Below, piece after piece: positions 1-11,340 of a DNA stretch of 34,253 nt (within the stretch, counting starts at the first letter, position 1; every line of letters starts with the position of its first letter). A program made the translations under genes and the position numbers. The notes under the pieces were generated by a model, which saw nothing but the letters and a program-made list of their open reading frames with translations, was not told the origin of the DNA and searched no databases. The DNA comes from Vicugna vicugna (lineage: Eukaryota), in NCBI GenBank assembly GCA_013265495.1, contig MU058781.1, positions 7,265,324-7,299,576 of the forward strand, read 5' to 3'.

Positions 1-69
1 GGATGAAATAGATGTTTCTATATATTTTTGAGGTACTCGTGTCTTTATCTATGCAGATCTAACAACTAT

Positions 70-232
70 CAGCAAGCTTAGCATGTAAGAATCCCTTGGG
101 TCATGTGATAGAAACGCATAACAAGTTTTTACCCCCCGAGACTCTTGATTCAGGCAGCCACATGGCATGCCTTGGAATCTGCATTTCTAAGAAGTTCCTC
201 AGGTTATTCTGATGCCCAGCCAGCTTTGGAAA
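70..232. mobile_element. MER5A-like hAT-Charlie non-autonomous DNA transposon, degraded
   Basis: Contains GAATCTGCATTTCTAAGAAGTTCCTCAGGTTATTCTGATGC, resembling the MER5A core GAATTTGCATTTCTAACAAGTTCCCAGGTGATGCTGATGC as recalled; boundaries approximate. Confidence 0.75.
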
Positions 233-489
233 TGAGAAATGTATGCCACTGTCCCCAGTGGTAGAAGTTACGTGTAGATGTGAACTCATCAGTGCCTCTC
301 AGAATTACTGTGGTCTTTGGTATTATCTGTGTGGTCTCTTCATGTCATGAGCACTGAAATAGAAAAGGCGAGTGTCCCTTAGGAAAGAAGGTGCTGGCTC
401 CCCACAGCATCTGGAAATCTTCATGGATGAACTCAATGTAAAGATGTTACTTCTTAATGGAGACTCCTGTTCACCATCTTTTTCTAGGT

Positions 490-643
490 TGTTTCCTCTC
501 AATCCCGGCTGCACATTAAAATGGCAATGCCTGGGCCCCAAACCAGACCGACTGAATGGGAATCTCTGGGGTGGAGCCCAAACAGCAGTATTTCTTAAAG
601 TGCTCCAAACGATCCTAACGCATTGTCAGGGTTGAGAACACGC
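490..643. mobile_element. MER5B/MER5-family DNA transposon remnant
   Basis: CTCAATCCCGGCTGCACATTAAAA...CCTGGGCCCCA...GAATCTCTGGGGTGGAGCCC...CAGGGTTGAGAAC, the MER5-type layout with degenerate terminal inverted repeats. Confidence 0.7.
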
Positions 644-754
644 TTTTCTCAAGTAGGGTAAAGTGAGTTCGGGTAATGGACTTCTTATTTTTTTACTTCT
701 GGGAATTGGGAAAAATCCTAATTTAAAATGTTGAATAGTTTCCTTTTAAATTAC

Positions 755-1430
755 CTTTTAAAAATAAAATTGTGTATACTTAAGGTATACAATATACTGA
801 TTTGATACATATATACAACAGTCAAGTTAACATATTTCCTCATAGTTGCCATCTATTTTTTACTGAGAATACCTGAAATCTACTGTCTCAGCAAATTTCC
901 GAGATGTAATACAATATTATTAAGTTTGTCGTCATGATGTACATTAAATTCTAAACTTATTCATCCTGTATGGCTGCAACTTTCTGCCCTTTGAGCAACA
1001 TCTCCCCGTTTTCCCCAGCTACTCACCCATACTGTTCTGCTCTCTGCTTCTGTGTATTTGACTTTTTTTTTTTGATTGTACATATAAATGAGATCATGCA
1101 GTTTTTTTCTTTCGGTGTCTGGCTTATTTCACTTAGCATAATGTTCTCCATATTCATCCATGTTGTTTCAAAAGGCTGGATCTCTTTCTTTTTTCAGACT
1201 AAATCATATGTCTCAAATGTATGTCCACTAAACAACAACTTCCCATCCCTCCTCCCACTGACCCTTGACAACCACCAGTCTACTTCCTGTTTCTATGAAT
1301 TTGACTACGCCAGGTGCCTCATTTCTTCATCCATTCACCCATAAATGGACACTTACGTTGTTTTCATAGCTTGACTATTGTAAGGCTATTGTAAATAGTG
1401 CTGCAATCAACATGGAAGCACAGATGCCTG
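755..1430 (-). mobile_element. Old L1 (L1MA9-like) 3' UTR plus ORF2 C-terminus, with an internal foreign L1 3' UTR fragment at ~1210-1322
   Basis: Antisense L1 3'-end motifs: GTCTGGCTTATTTCACTTAGCATAATG, TTCATCCATGTTG, GGCTATTGTAAATAGTGCTGCAAT. Confidence 0.85.
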
Positions 1431-1689
1431 AGTATTTCCTTTTATTTGTGCGCATTATCAACATCTTGAATATTTAAAGAAGTCAAGGATAAAAGAAGTA
1501 ACCAGTGAAGTAACATGTCCGACTTGAGCTTGTATTCTTCCCACCAACTTTACTCATCTGAAACTACCACAAAAACACCCCATACTTTTATGCTTTCTAA
1601 GATGTGTCTTGGGCTTTTAGGTAATCTGGAAGTAACTGTGGTTGAATCTATTGAAATAATGAAGTTTATCATTGCTAATTTAGGCTTAC

Positions 1690-1885
1690 ATTGATCAACT
1701 CAGTTTTCTCCGCTTGTGTCAACTGCGGGTCAGACACTACCCTGGGTGCTTAGGATACAACTGAAGACACAGCACGGTTCTTGCTCTGTTGCTGTCTAAT
1801 AGGGCAGAGAGAGAGACAATGAGAGAAACATTGCAGGGTAAGTAGAGGCTGCTATGAGAACACTTAGGCAGAGAACCTAACATAA
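1690..1885 (-). mobile_element. L2 LINE 3' fragment, degraded
   Basis: CAGACACTACCCTGGGTGCTTAGGATACA...TCTAATAGGGCAGAGA...GCTATGAGAACAC resembles the reverse complement of the L2 3' end. Confidence 0.55.
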
Positions 1886-2020
1886 AAGCATTTCAGAAAT
1901 CTCCAGAAGTCCATTATCTTGCATCACCTGTGCAAAGGCAAGAGAAAGATGGTATGGGATGCAATGAATATTTCTCTGTGACAGAGGGTTGACACATACA
2001 CAAAAAATCCAACTCTTAGA

Positions 2021-2062
2021 GCACGTGCACGCGCGTGTGTGTGTGTATGGGTGTGTGTATGT
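2021..2062. repeat. Alternating purine-pyrimidine tract, GCACGTGCACGCGCG followed by (TG)n
   Basis: Read directly; uninterrupted R/Y alternation 2021-2049. Confidence 0.9.
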
Positions 2063-5000
2063 CGATTTTTGAATGATGTCCTAGGAATCTGTATAATGGT
2101 TTTTATGTTCTATTTTTCATTTACTGATAGCATGGTTTCATTCTTATTCTTCTCTGTATAGAGATAAGGCGAATAAGATGGTAAAATTTTCACTTCACCC
2201 CCACCCCTTGCTTTCCTATAATCATTCTGAGAGGTGGTTAGATTAAGACTGTAATTCTTTTCCCCTGAGTTTTGGATTTGGGACAAATCTTGCTGCACTA
2301 CATTGACTCTTAGAGTGAGGTGTTTGGGTCCCCTTTGTTATGTGAATAAACTTAATTTTTTTATGATTTTTAAAATTTTATACCTGCTGACTATCTTCAC
2401 ATCAAAGGGAAGTTGGATGGCTTATATTTTCAATGATATTTGAAGATAGCTATGCTAAAGTATTGCAAACATCCTTCCTTTCACTTCCAAGTATTGCAAG
2501 TGCCCTGTTTTGTAACACTAAACTCTCATGAATAACCACTGAAATGTCATTTTTTCCTAAGCTTTTTCTCTTGAAAGTTTGAGTTTTGCTATTGACTTAA
2601 TTTTTTTTTAACGCCCTGAGGATTTCCCTTCATAATAAAAAAGAAAGAAAGACCACTTAACAAGTATGGTATTGTCTCCATGAATAGATATGGCAAAAGA
2701 ATAAAGTCAGTGTTAGGATTATCATTCTTGCCAATATCCTTTCAGGTATATTTTGTAGACTGAACTGAGGGTGAAGGACAAGGAGAGGCTGAAAGGCACC
2801 AGCACAGGCATTCTTTCTTGGCTCAAGAGAGTTCAAACCCAGCTAGGGCAGGATTTTCACCTAAAAAGGAGTTTTCCTGATAATAACCTCTTTAGGCAAA
2901 GATAACTCACCAAATGATACCAAAAAAAACTTTTTATATTAGATGAGAGTGGAGGTATAACTGAAGAAAAATGAAAGCACATCTTTTCTCCGAAACGGTC
3001 TTGGTATTTTTACTCTTTGGGGGTTTACTTGAGTGAGCAGGTAAATCTGTACTAGCCTTCTTTATCTTTACATTGATAATAATACCATTAAAATTTAAAC
3101 AGAACTAGAGAGGATGTTTTTGTTGAGTTAGGAAAGGGAGAAACTTTCCTATTCTTCTGACAGGTTCTAGGCAGATGTTTCTAAAATAAAGCATTTTGCA
3201 TACATACAAAATGTCTACTTGGTTTTGTGTTAATGTTGACTTTCAGGATAGAAGTATGCTATTTCTCTATCCTGTTCAAAAGGGAGACAAAAATTTGAAA
3301 ATTTTGCCCCCTGTCTATTGAAAATGAATTTTAAAAGTTATTCAACCCCAAATCATGCTTGCTTGTTAAAATTTGTCAAACCAAGTATCTGCTGGTTTGA
3401 ATTTCTATGTGTCTTTTACTTCCATAGTATTACTTTAAAAAATACTGAGACATTTTTCTGTGATGCTGCCACTATAAAATGTTCTTCAGTCAGGAATTAT
3501 CGATTGTGGAAAGTCAGTACTGGGAACACGAGGTTATGACTCTTTCCCAGTCTTCCCTGAGACTTCCTTTTATCCGTCCTTACTCAAAGGCATGATATTT
3601 TCTCAGCATGGACACTGAAGACAGAGGTGGCTACATTTTCAACCTCTCCTCCTGGTTCACATCCTGAAGGTAAAAAGAAATGCTCTCCAAATAGGTTGAA
3701 CCTCAGAGTTTGCTCTAAGAGAGCAAGTTTACATTTGTCAGAGGAAAATGAAGAAGCATGGTAGAGGGCAAACTCTGGGTGCTTGGAGTTAAGCGCCACC
3801 ACCCCCAGTCTAATGGGTAATAGAGTCATTAATTCTGCTGATTAACTTGGCCTTGGGGTTCATGGAAATGACATCCACCTCCTTTTTTTTTTAAGCTCAA
3901 ACTGTGGAACGAGAGAACATAAAAAAACAAGCTAATTAGAGAGAAATGAGGAGAAAAGAAGCAGAGAGAAAAGAAAGACAGTTTGAGCATTAATGAGACT
4001 TGTTTGGGGAGAGAATGTGACAGGCTCTTCAAAAGCATTATTGTCAAATGTGTCACTATTTCATAGATGGCGAGAGCTACCTTTTGAGCTTCATGCTGAT
4101 AGTTAATGATTTGAAACTATAAAAAGATTGAAAAGGTAAAAGGGAAAATGTCAGACTCAACTGGATTTTAATGAGGTTTTTTTTTTTTCCCCAAGGAAAA
4201 CAGCTGGGAAAGTAGAGAAAGTTTGCATCCTTTCTATCCCTCACTCTCTGGATTTTCATTTCTTTCTTAGAGATACAGTTGGCAAAGGAACAATGGAAGA
4301 AGGATATCAAAGGTCTAAACTCAAAGATCTGGGATGTTTTACTTTTCTGAGAAGATGGGTGGTAGTGAGGGCAGCACAGGGGCTTGAGTGCCACAATAAG
4401 GAGAGATTGATGGAGGAGACAGCAATGGCGCTTGTTTGTTTTTGGGGACGTGCTGAGCAGAAGCCATCTTCACACTGTGAGATATAACAAAGAAATCCAA
4501 AGTGATTACGCAGGTTCATTTGTCAGTATCATGGCTTCAGCGATTGCTGTGTGCAACAATGAGATGACAAGGCATTTATGGCTGATGGTTGGCTATTAGT
4601 CGCATTATAGGAAACATTAGAGGAGAGTAGGGTACATAGACCAGGGAGACAATAGCTTCCTGGGCTTGGCACTCAGCAGGGTGGCCATGTCATTACATTT
4701 AGTAGTGCCAATTTAATTTAAAAAAAAAACAAACTGGAAAGAAACTTTGAAAATGAATTCTGTAGCCCCATTTTTACCTTAATAGTAACTGTCAGGGTTT
4801 CGCTCCCTGGGCTCTCAGTTATGTATTAGTAGGCTGAGCACACAGAGAAGGCTCACATATATTCAAAAGAATTGAATGCCAGTGGGAAACTCAGAACCAA
4901 ATTTCAATTCTTTTCTAGATGATTTTCTTGTGGTCCTTGAAACATTAAATTCTGATTAGGGTACAGTACCTAGGGACAAATTACTAATCAGGTACCAGGG

Positions 5001-6479
5001 TCAAATCAACTGCCTTGCTAATGAGTTTCTGATGAAATCCTTCCTGAAATGAGACACTTAGAGTACTGATTTGAAAGTGGTAGCCCAGCTCATTGCAAAG
5101 CAACGGGGCTGCATATAGAATGGGGACATGAATTCTTGTTTTGTTTCTTCACAGTTCCTCTTCCGGCATCCACTGATGCAAGTAAATCTAAACTCACTGT
5201 GTGCATGTGTCTGAGCTGGCTATGCCCAAATGTGTGTTTTTTCAGTCTACTTATCTGTAGAAGGATTGAAAACAGAACAGAGTTGAAAATAACCATCTGA
5301 AGAAGATCTTGAGGGCAAGAGGGATTATTAAAAAAAAAATTCCTCTACTTAAAAACCTTTATTCTAGAGTTTCAGAACATGTTAATACACTAATTCATTC
5401 TCAGATCAGTCCCATATTACTAAGAAATTCTGCTCTTGGGTAAATGGAGGTATGGAGGGCTAAATAAACTTGACCAAGGTTTTAGTCATTATCCAACTGA
5501 AGACTGGAAGCTTGGGTATGTATTTCAGAACTTCTCTGACTTATGCTCAAGGCACTAGATGTACACTGGTATTATTTTTAAGCTCCTTTCCTCCCAGATA
5601 TTGTGGATTATTAAAACAAAATTTTTGCAGTGGTGAGAAGGATGGGGCCTCTTAAGCCTCTTATTTGGTGCTGGGAATGGGCAAAGTTCTACACGAAGCA
5701 TGGAAGATATTTTTTACAAAGTTTATTGGAGAAAATAGAAGAGTTGGTTCCAACTTGAAAGGATATTGTTTCTTAGGGATTGTCATTTCCCTAAGGGCTC
5801 AATTTAGGAATTTCCTCCTGAAGAAGACTTTCCTGATCCCTAAGAGCTATGCTAAGTATCTCTCCTTTGTGCTTTTCTGTCATTGCACTTAGCACATTTT
5901 ATTAAAATTGGTGGTTTAGATGGCTGCTCTTTTCTATTTGAGGACATAATACCAAGAAAAGATAAGTACAGGTATTTAAAATAGTTGATCTTATTTGTCA
6001 GTAGAACTTCAAAAGAAGAAACAATGATTTAGATAAATCTAAATCAATCTCTCTTTCTATCGTATTTCCCCTGTTCTTTGTCTTTTAAAACTCCTTGACC
6101 TCTCCCCAGTTTCCCACTGGTCTTATTCACAAAAAGTCTTAGAGACCCTGTGTTTCCTGTACTCTCTCTCTTGCCACAGTCATTGGCTTTTAAGTGTCAT
6201 CTAAATTACCAAACAGAATGTATGTTTGTAAGGACAAAATTTAATTCTTCATCAGGATCTTGTTTTTCATAGCCATGCTACAGACTATTTTGTTGGGAAG
6301 AGAAAATACTTGATTTCAGAAGTGACCAAGATAGATTCTTATAAGAAAGGAAAAATGGAGGCCGACACATTGCCTCTTTCCTGAATTGCTTTCACGGAAT
6401 TTTAAATAAGTTCCTGTTTTAGTTGAGTGACTTGGCAGGCATGAATGAGGTGCTGGGTAAGTTTACAACTCCCTTCATG

Positions 6480-6700
6480 TATATTTCCATTCAGTTTTCC
6501 ACAGCAATCCTATGAGCCAGGCTGGACAGTGTCTTTAATTCTTATTGTACAAATGAGCAAATTGAGGGAGAGTGTCTTGCTGAAGGGCAGGTGGGCAGGC
6601 AGCTGCTGAGTGTGTGTGTGTGTGTGTGTGTGTGTTTGTGTGTGGTGGTGGTGGGGGTTGATACTCAACATCTAGCCTTCCTGTTTCAGTACTTACTCTA
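6480..6700 (-). mobile_element. MIR SINE remnant interrupted by a microsatellite
   Basis: CACAGCAATCCTATGAG...TACAAATGAGCAAATTGAGG resembles the reverse-complemented MIR core (ACAGATGAGGAAACTGAGG). Confidence 0.6.
6610..6658. repeat. (TG)n microsatellite running into (TGG)n
   Basis: Read directly. Confidence 0.95.
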
Positions 6701-7104
6701 TGATTCTAATCTAGACACCAAAATGACCTCTACAGTTTGCCACAAGTTTGCTAAAGGTTATGTGTTACTATTATTGCTACAGTTTGCACCAGGAGCTCCG
6801 CAGAAAAAGATACTACTAACACGAATCTCAAACATTCGCTTTTTAATGTCTGTTCCTAAAGGTAGACAAACTCTTCTAGAAGTGTACAGATGTTAAATGG
6901 CAAAAAATAAAGGCATATGCATAACTTAAATGACATTTGATTTAAGAGGAGCGCAATATGGCTGGATATAAACTGATGTATAATTTAAATTCAGGGAATA
7001 AAAGAAAAAATATTTTCTAAAAGTAGTTATAAAAGAAAAATACCATCTTGACCACTCTAAAGAGAGTAAGTGTCTTAATGATACAAGAACTAAGCAAATT
7101 GCCA

Positions 7105-7149
7105 GTGTGTGTGTGACAGTGTGAGCATGTGTGTGTGTGTGTGTTTGTG
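7105..7149. repeat. Interrupted (TG)n microsatellite
   Basis: Read directly. Confidence 0.9.
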
Positions 7150-7734
7150 GATATATAAGATTTGCCAGGTTTTTGCCAGTGGTGCTAACTAGGAGAGTTG
7201 TTGAGCAATCACAGTGAGGGTTCCAGGGATCCACAGCTGGAATCTGTGCAGGTGCAGCTTTCTGGTCGCTGGCCAGCATTATTTTGCAATACTGCTGGCA
7301 GTAACCACTTTTAAATAGAAACATGATTGCACTTTATTTTAATATTTCTCCCTTCTATTTTTTCCCCCTTACTGTAAATCAACCCTTCTCTGGGCATAAA
7401 GTCCTTGCCAAGGTTTCCGGTATGAAGCCCACTGGGTTGAGGCTGTTTTCAGTGCTTAGAAACACACTAAGTTTGCTGCAGTTGGTTTAGTTCACATGCC
7501 TGAGTGAGAAAATATTAACCACACAAAGTAAACTCTTCTTGGGCTTTTTGACATTTTTGCGGATAAACTGTTTCACTACTCCCAAGACCATGGCAGGTAG
7601 CAGGTCACTATGTGACCAAATTAAGACCAGCCTCTTTCCTCTGGTTTGGTCTCTTGCCCTGTAGGTTCTGGGAGGATTCTGTGATAAATGAAGTCATTGG
7701 GAATCAAACAGATCCCTCTTCAGAACAGTAATTA

Positions 7735-7982
7735 AAGTTTACTTTACACGGAGGTAACACTCGGTGTCGGACACTATTCTAAAGACTTTATACATATATG
7801 GATTCATTTAATCTTCATACCACCTCTATGAGGAAGGTACTATTATTATGTGATTCTACAGATGAGGAAACTGAGAGACACAAAAGTAATTTGCCCAAGG
7901 TCACACAGATAGTGGAGAAGCCAGGATTTGAACACAGAGAATCCAGTGTTAGAGTTTGTCTTCTTAACCACTTGGCTATACA
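7735..7982 (-). mobile_element. MIR SINE, near full length
   Basis: TCATTTAATCTTCA...TACAGATGAGGAAACTGAGA...TTGCCCAAGGTCACACAG...AGCCAGGATTTGAAC...TCTTAACCAC, the reverse complement of the MIR consensus including the tRNA-derived B box. Confidence 0.92.
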
Positions 7983-8049
7983 GCATTCCATCTTGGAAAT
8001 CTGAGGCGCCTCTTTCCATATGGAGCCAAGATCTGCTTCCCCACTCTCT

Positions 8050-8180
8050 TCATGTACTATTTGTGTACATATTTGTCTCCTCAACTGGACTTGGGGCTTT
8101 CTAAGGGTAGGAGATAGGTTTTTAATCTCTGTGTCTATCCTTGCCATCCAGAACTGGCTTTTTCATAATAAGTGTTCCAC
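8050..8180 (+). mobile_element. L2 LINE 3' terminal fragment
   Basis: TTTGTCTCCTCAACTGGACTTGGGGCTTTCTAAGGGTAGGAG resembles the L2 3' end TGTCTCCCCACTAGACTGTGAGCTCCTTGAGGGCAGGGA. Confidence 0.55.
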
Positions 8181-8899
8181 ACAAGATAATAAGTATTCCA
8201 CACAAAGCAGACATTTCAAGAATTTGAAAAAAATCATGTACCAAAATGTTTGATAATGGTACAGAAGATCAAAATAATTAAGAGATTTGTTTTAAAGCCT
8301 TAAAGTGCAGTAAATGCAGCATAAAGAGAGTTATCCAGTGTGTTAATTTACAGCACATTTTCCCACAGGACCAGGGCTCAAGTAAAATTTCTTGCCTGGT
8401 CTTAAACAGACCTCATCAAACTCTGTATTCTTTGTGTCACAAATACAAGAAAATTATTTCTATGCGGGAGGAAGCATCCTTAGCATTTTCCCTTGGTATT
8501 GGACAATGCAGTTCTTGTTTTTGAAATAACCTCTGTCTTCAGCAAGTTCCCTTGAGGCTTGGCTTTGCCTAATAAATTCATCTTCACTTAGTTCTTTGGA
8601 ACGCTTACTATAAGCCCAAATGACCCATAACTGGTAATGTATTTTACAAAGCACCAAATTCTTGCTCCTGGTTCTGTGACCTTAGGAATAAACTGACATG
8701 ATTTTCTTACTGATTGTAGCTGGATGGTGATTTTATAAAGAGCTCATCAGACCTGCCCTATGCTTGTAAGCCATTTAAATGCCAAACCTCTGTTAGAACC
8801 AATTTCTCTTGTTTTTGTGTAAAGTTTATAATTGTAAAATACTCATCAAAAAGTATTAATGCGGAAAGTTTTACTTAATACTACAGAGGTCAAAGCAAT

Positions 8900-9055
8900 G
8901 AATTAGGAGTTAACAGGCAGTGATTATCATCTCACACTTTCCAGTGATTAGCTATGTGACTAGCTGGGTGACCCTGAGGAAATCATAATGGGGTAATTTT
9001 CCTTATTAACAAAACCAGAGAGTGAAATTAGGTAATATCTTTCCAATTCTTTTAA
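8900..9055 (+). mobile_element. MIR/MIR3-like remnant
   Basis: ACTAGCTGGGTGACCCTGAGGAAATCA...TTTTCCTTATTAACAAAA resembles the MIR core. Confidence 0.5.
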
Positions 9056-9486
9056 TCTAGTCTCCAAGTTACAATAAACCCCTCCTCCTTGAACTCTTAT
9101 CACTACCACTTTCCACCAAAGATCTTGAAAAGGACAAAACTACAGTGAGAAATACAAACTTTGATCTGTTCTTTTGGTCAGTAAAGAATGACAGCCTTGC
9201 AGCTGAAGAGTTTGTTGAAACTTTCAGGAAGGAGTTGATTGGTGTCACATGCGCAAATTTACGTTCTGCATTGTACATTTCAGAGCCCCATAAGCTGACC
9301 TGAGAATTAAAAGTTACGAAAAGTTTCCTTTCTCTACTGGTGACTTTTTGAATGATCCCAACCTTGCTTGCATGCTCGTGGTCCCTAAGGAGCCTTCTGA
9401 CTTGACTCTATGTTTCTTTACAGTTATAGTAATATCACTCTTCTGCATGCAAACTGACACTACTGACCTTCACATGTTCTCCAAAT

Positions 9487-9631
9487 CTTTGCTACTCAAA
9501 GTGTGACTGTAGACCAGCAGCTTCAGCCTCACCTGGGAGCATGTTAGGAAAGGTGACCTACAGAATCAGAAACTGAAGTTTAACAAGATGCCCAGGTGAT
9601 TTGTATGCACATTAATATGTGAGATGGACGC
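9487..9631. mobile_element. MER5A1-like hAT-Charlie DNA transposon
   Basis: GCTACTCAAAGTGTG...GACCAGCAGC...CACCTGGGAGC...GAATCAGAAACTG...TTTAACAAGATGCCCAGGTGATTTGTATGCACATTAA. Confidence 0.85.
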
Positions 9632-11119
9632 TCTAGGTCTCTGATTGCTGAAAGTTCCTCTCTCTTAAAATCTCAGAGTGTTCTGTATAATGTAGTGCTA
9701 CCTGAATCAAAACATACTGATACACTAGAAACGCAGATCCTTGTGGTTAATTCCTTCACTCAAACAGTGCGTGTGTGGTAGGGGAGAGGAGGTGTAGCAT
9801 GATTTTCAGCACATCCTAGGATGCTAGTTTCTCAAGCTGGCACAGGCCCACAGCAAAATTTGGGCTTTGATGCATTAGGAATTAATCGACTCAAGTTGCG
9901 CATAGAGAAGCATATCCAAGCAAGTGCAATTGTGTAGGCAAGCTGTGTGCGAGAGGGTCAATAACCCGATCCAGTGCTTTAGAGCTAAGATTAGAGCTGA
10001 AGCACCAATCAGAATTTATGTGGCAATTAAAAACCATTCTCACGCCTCCCCCCATGTCATAAAACGTTTGGTTGTTTATCAACTAACCTTGTAGGGTATT
10101 ATTATGTTCCCTCTCTTGTGATCCATCGGGCGCGTTCTGACTCCTGTGCTGAATGAGGAAAGAACAATGGGAAAGCTGCTCTCTAGCTAATGGGGTCCTT
10201 TCTTTGGTGTCCTCTTGCCTCCAGTTCCAGATTTATCTTTCCTTTCCTTTTTATCATCACGTTGCCTGATACTCAGTCTCTCCTTGCTGCTCCTGAGCCC
10301 TGAACCTAGCTGCCGAGTGTCTGGTGCTTGCTTTTTCTCTCCTACTCCTCATCTTCCTTCACTCCTAAAACCTGCTCTCCATTTTCTCTCAAATTGTGTC
10401 AGGTTAAATGATTCACAAGACTTGAGAGTCTCTTTCCTCTGGAATATCTGAATTTTAGCAACAAAATCCCATCTTTCTCCAAGTAATTGTCTCTGCTGGA
10501 GTCCTTCAAACATCAATACAGGTGAGTGGAGGAGGAGACAATATTGAAAGCAGCCTGTTCTGCCTCTAAAACTCTTTGCCTGGATGTTACCTCTTTGTAC
10601 TCCATCCGAGGGTCTCATGGGGAAGTTGGTGGGGAAGCTGGCCTCCCAGGAAACTGGCGAATGAGGCTGAGAAGCCGTTCAGAGGCCCACAGGGGTGGAC
10701 CGCTCTCCCTCTGACCGCTGCTGAGGCTCGCCTGACATGAGTATTTGTTATTTCCATTCACAACCTAGAAATGGTTGGTGTGTGCTTCTTCCTTTGTTCA
10801 CAGCAGGAGAAGGGCTCCGGGGTCTGGTGAAAGCCTTTTTTGTGTGGGCAGTGCGTTGACATGTGCTACTCCTTGGTTGGGACTCTGGGGTTCATGGAAA
10901 CAGGCCTTGTCTGCCTTTGCTCTACAAAGCCATGTTGCCTCCAGTAAGTCTGTAACCTTGTGTAGATTAATTGGGATCTCAGTCTAATCTTACAGTGAAG
11001 CTGTTTGTGGCTTCTGCCTGCTGTCCTCTGGCCCATCTGAAGTGCTAAAGTCTTTAGTCTTGAAAGAGAACTCTTTAGCCTTGTGTGTGATAAATTTCTA
11101 AAATGCCCACATAGTTAAA

Positions 11120-11340
11120 AGATAATTGATGTTTATGGAGCAATTATACTATGTTGAGTAATATCTGAATTATTTGACACAGATACCGTATGAAGCAAGT
11201 ACTACTACCTTTCTTACTTTATAACTAAAGAAACTGAGAGAGATTTAAAATTTTGCCTGGAATCACAGGACATGGTGGGGTGGTTTTTCTCAGCCACATT
11301 GTTTTGCTGCAAAGTTCATGCTCTAAGAATCTATGCCACT
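11120..11340 (-). mobile_element. MIR SINE remnant
   Basis: TAAAGAAACTGAGAG...TTGCCTGGAATCACA...CAAAGTTCATGCTCT, reverse-complemented MIR pattern. Confidence 0.65.

Noticed and set aside
2391..2449. Pre-miRNA-like hairpin closed by CTATCTTCA/TGAAGATAG
   Set aside because: Only ~9-13 bp pair and the interior is largely unpaired; no match to a mature miRNA I recognise.
7602..7618. Estrogen response element
   Set aside because: Half sites are spaced by 5 nt, not the 3 nt of a canonical ERE.
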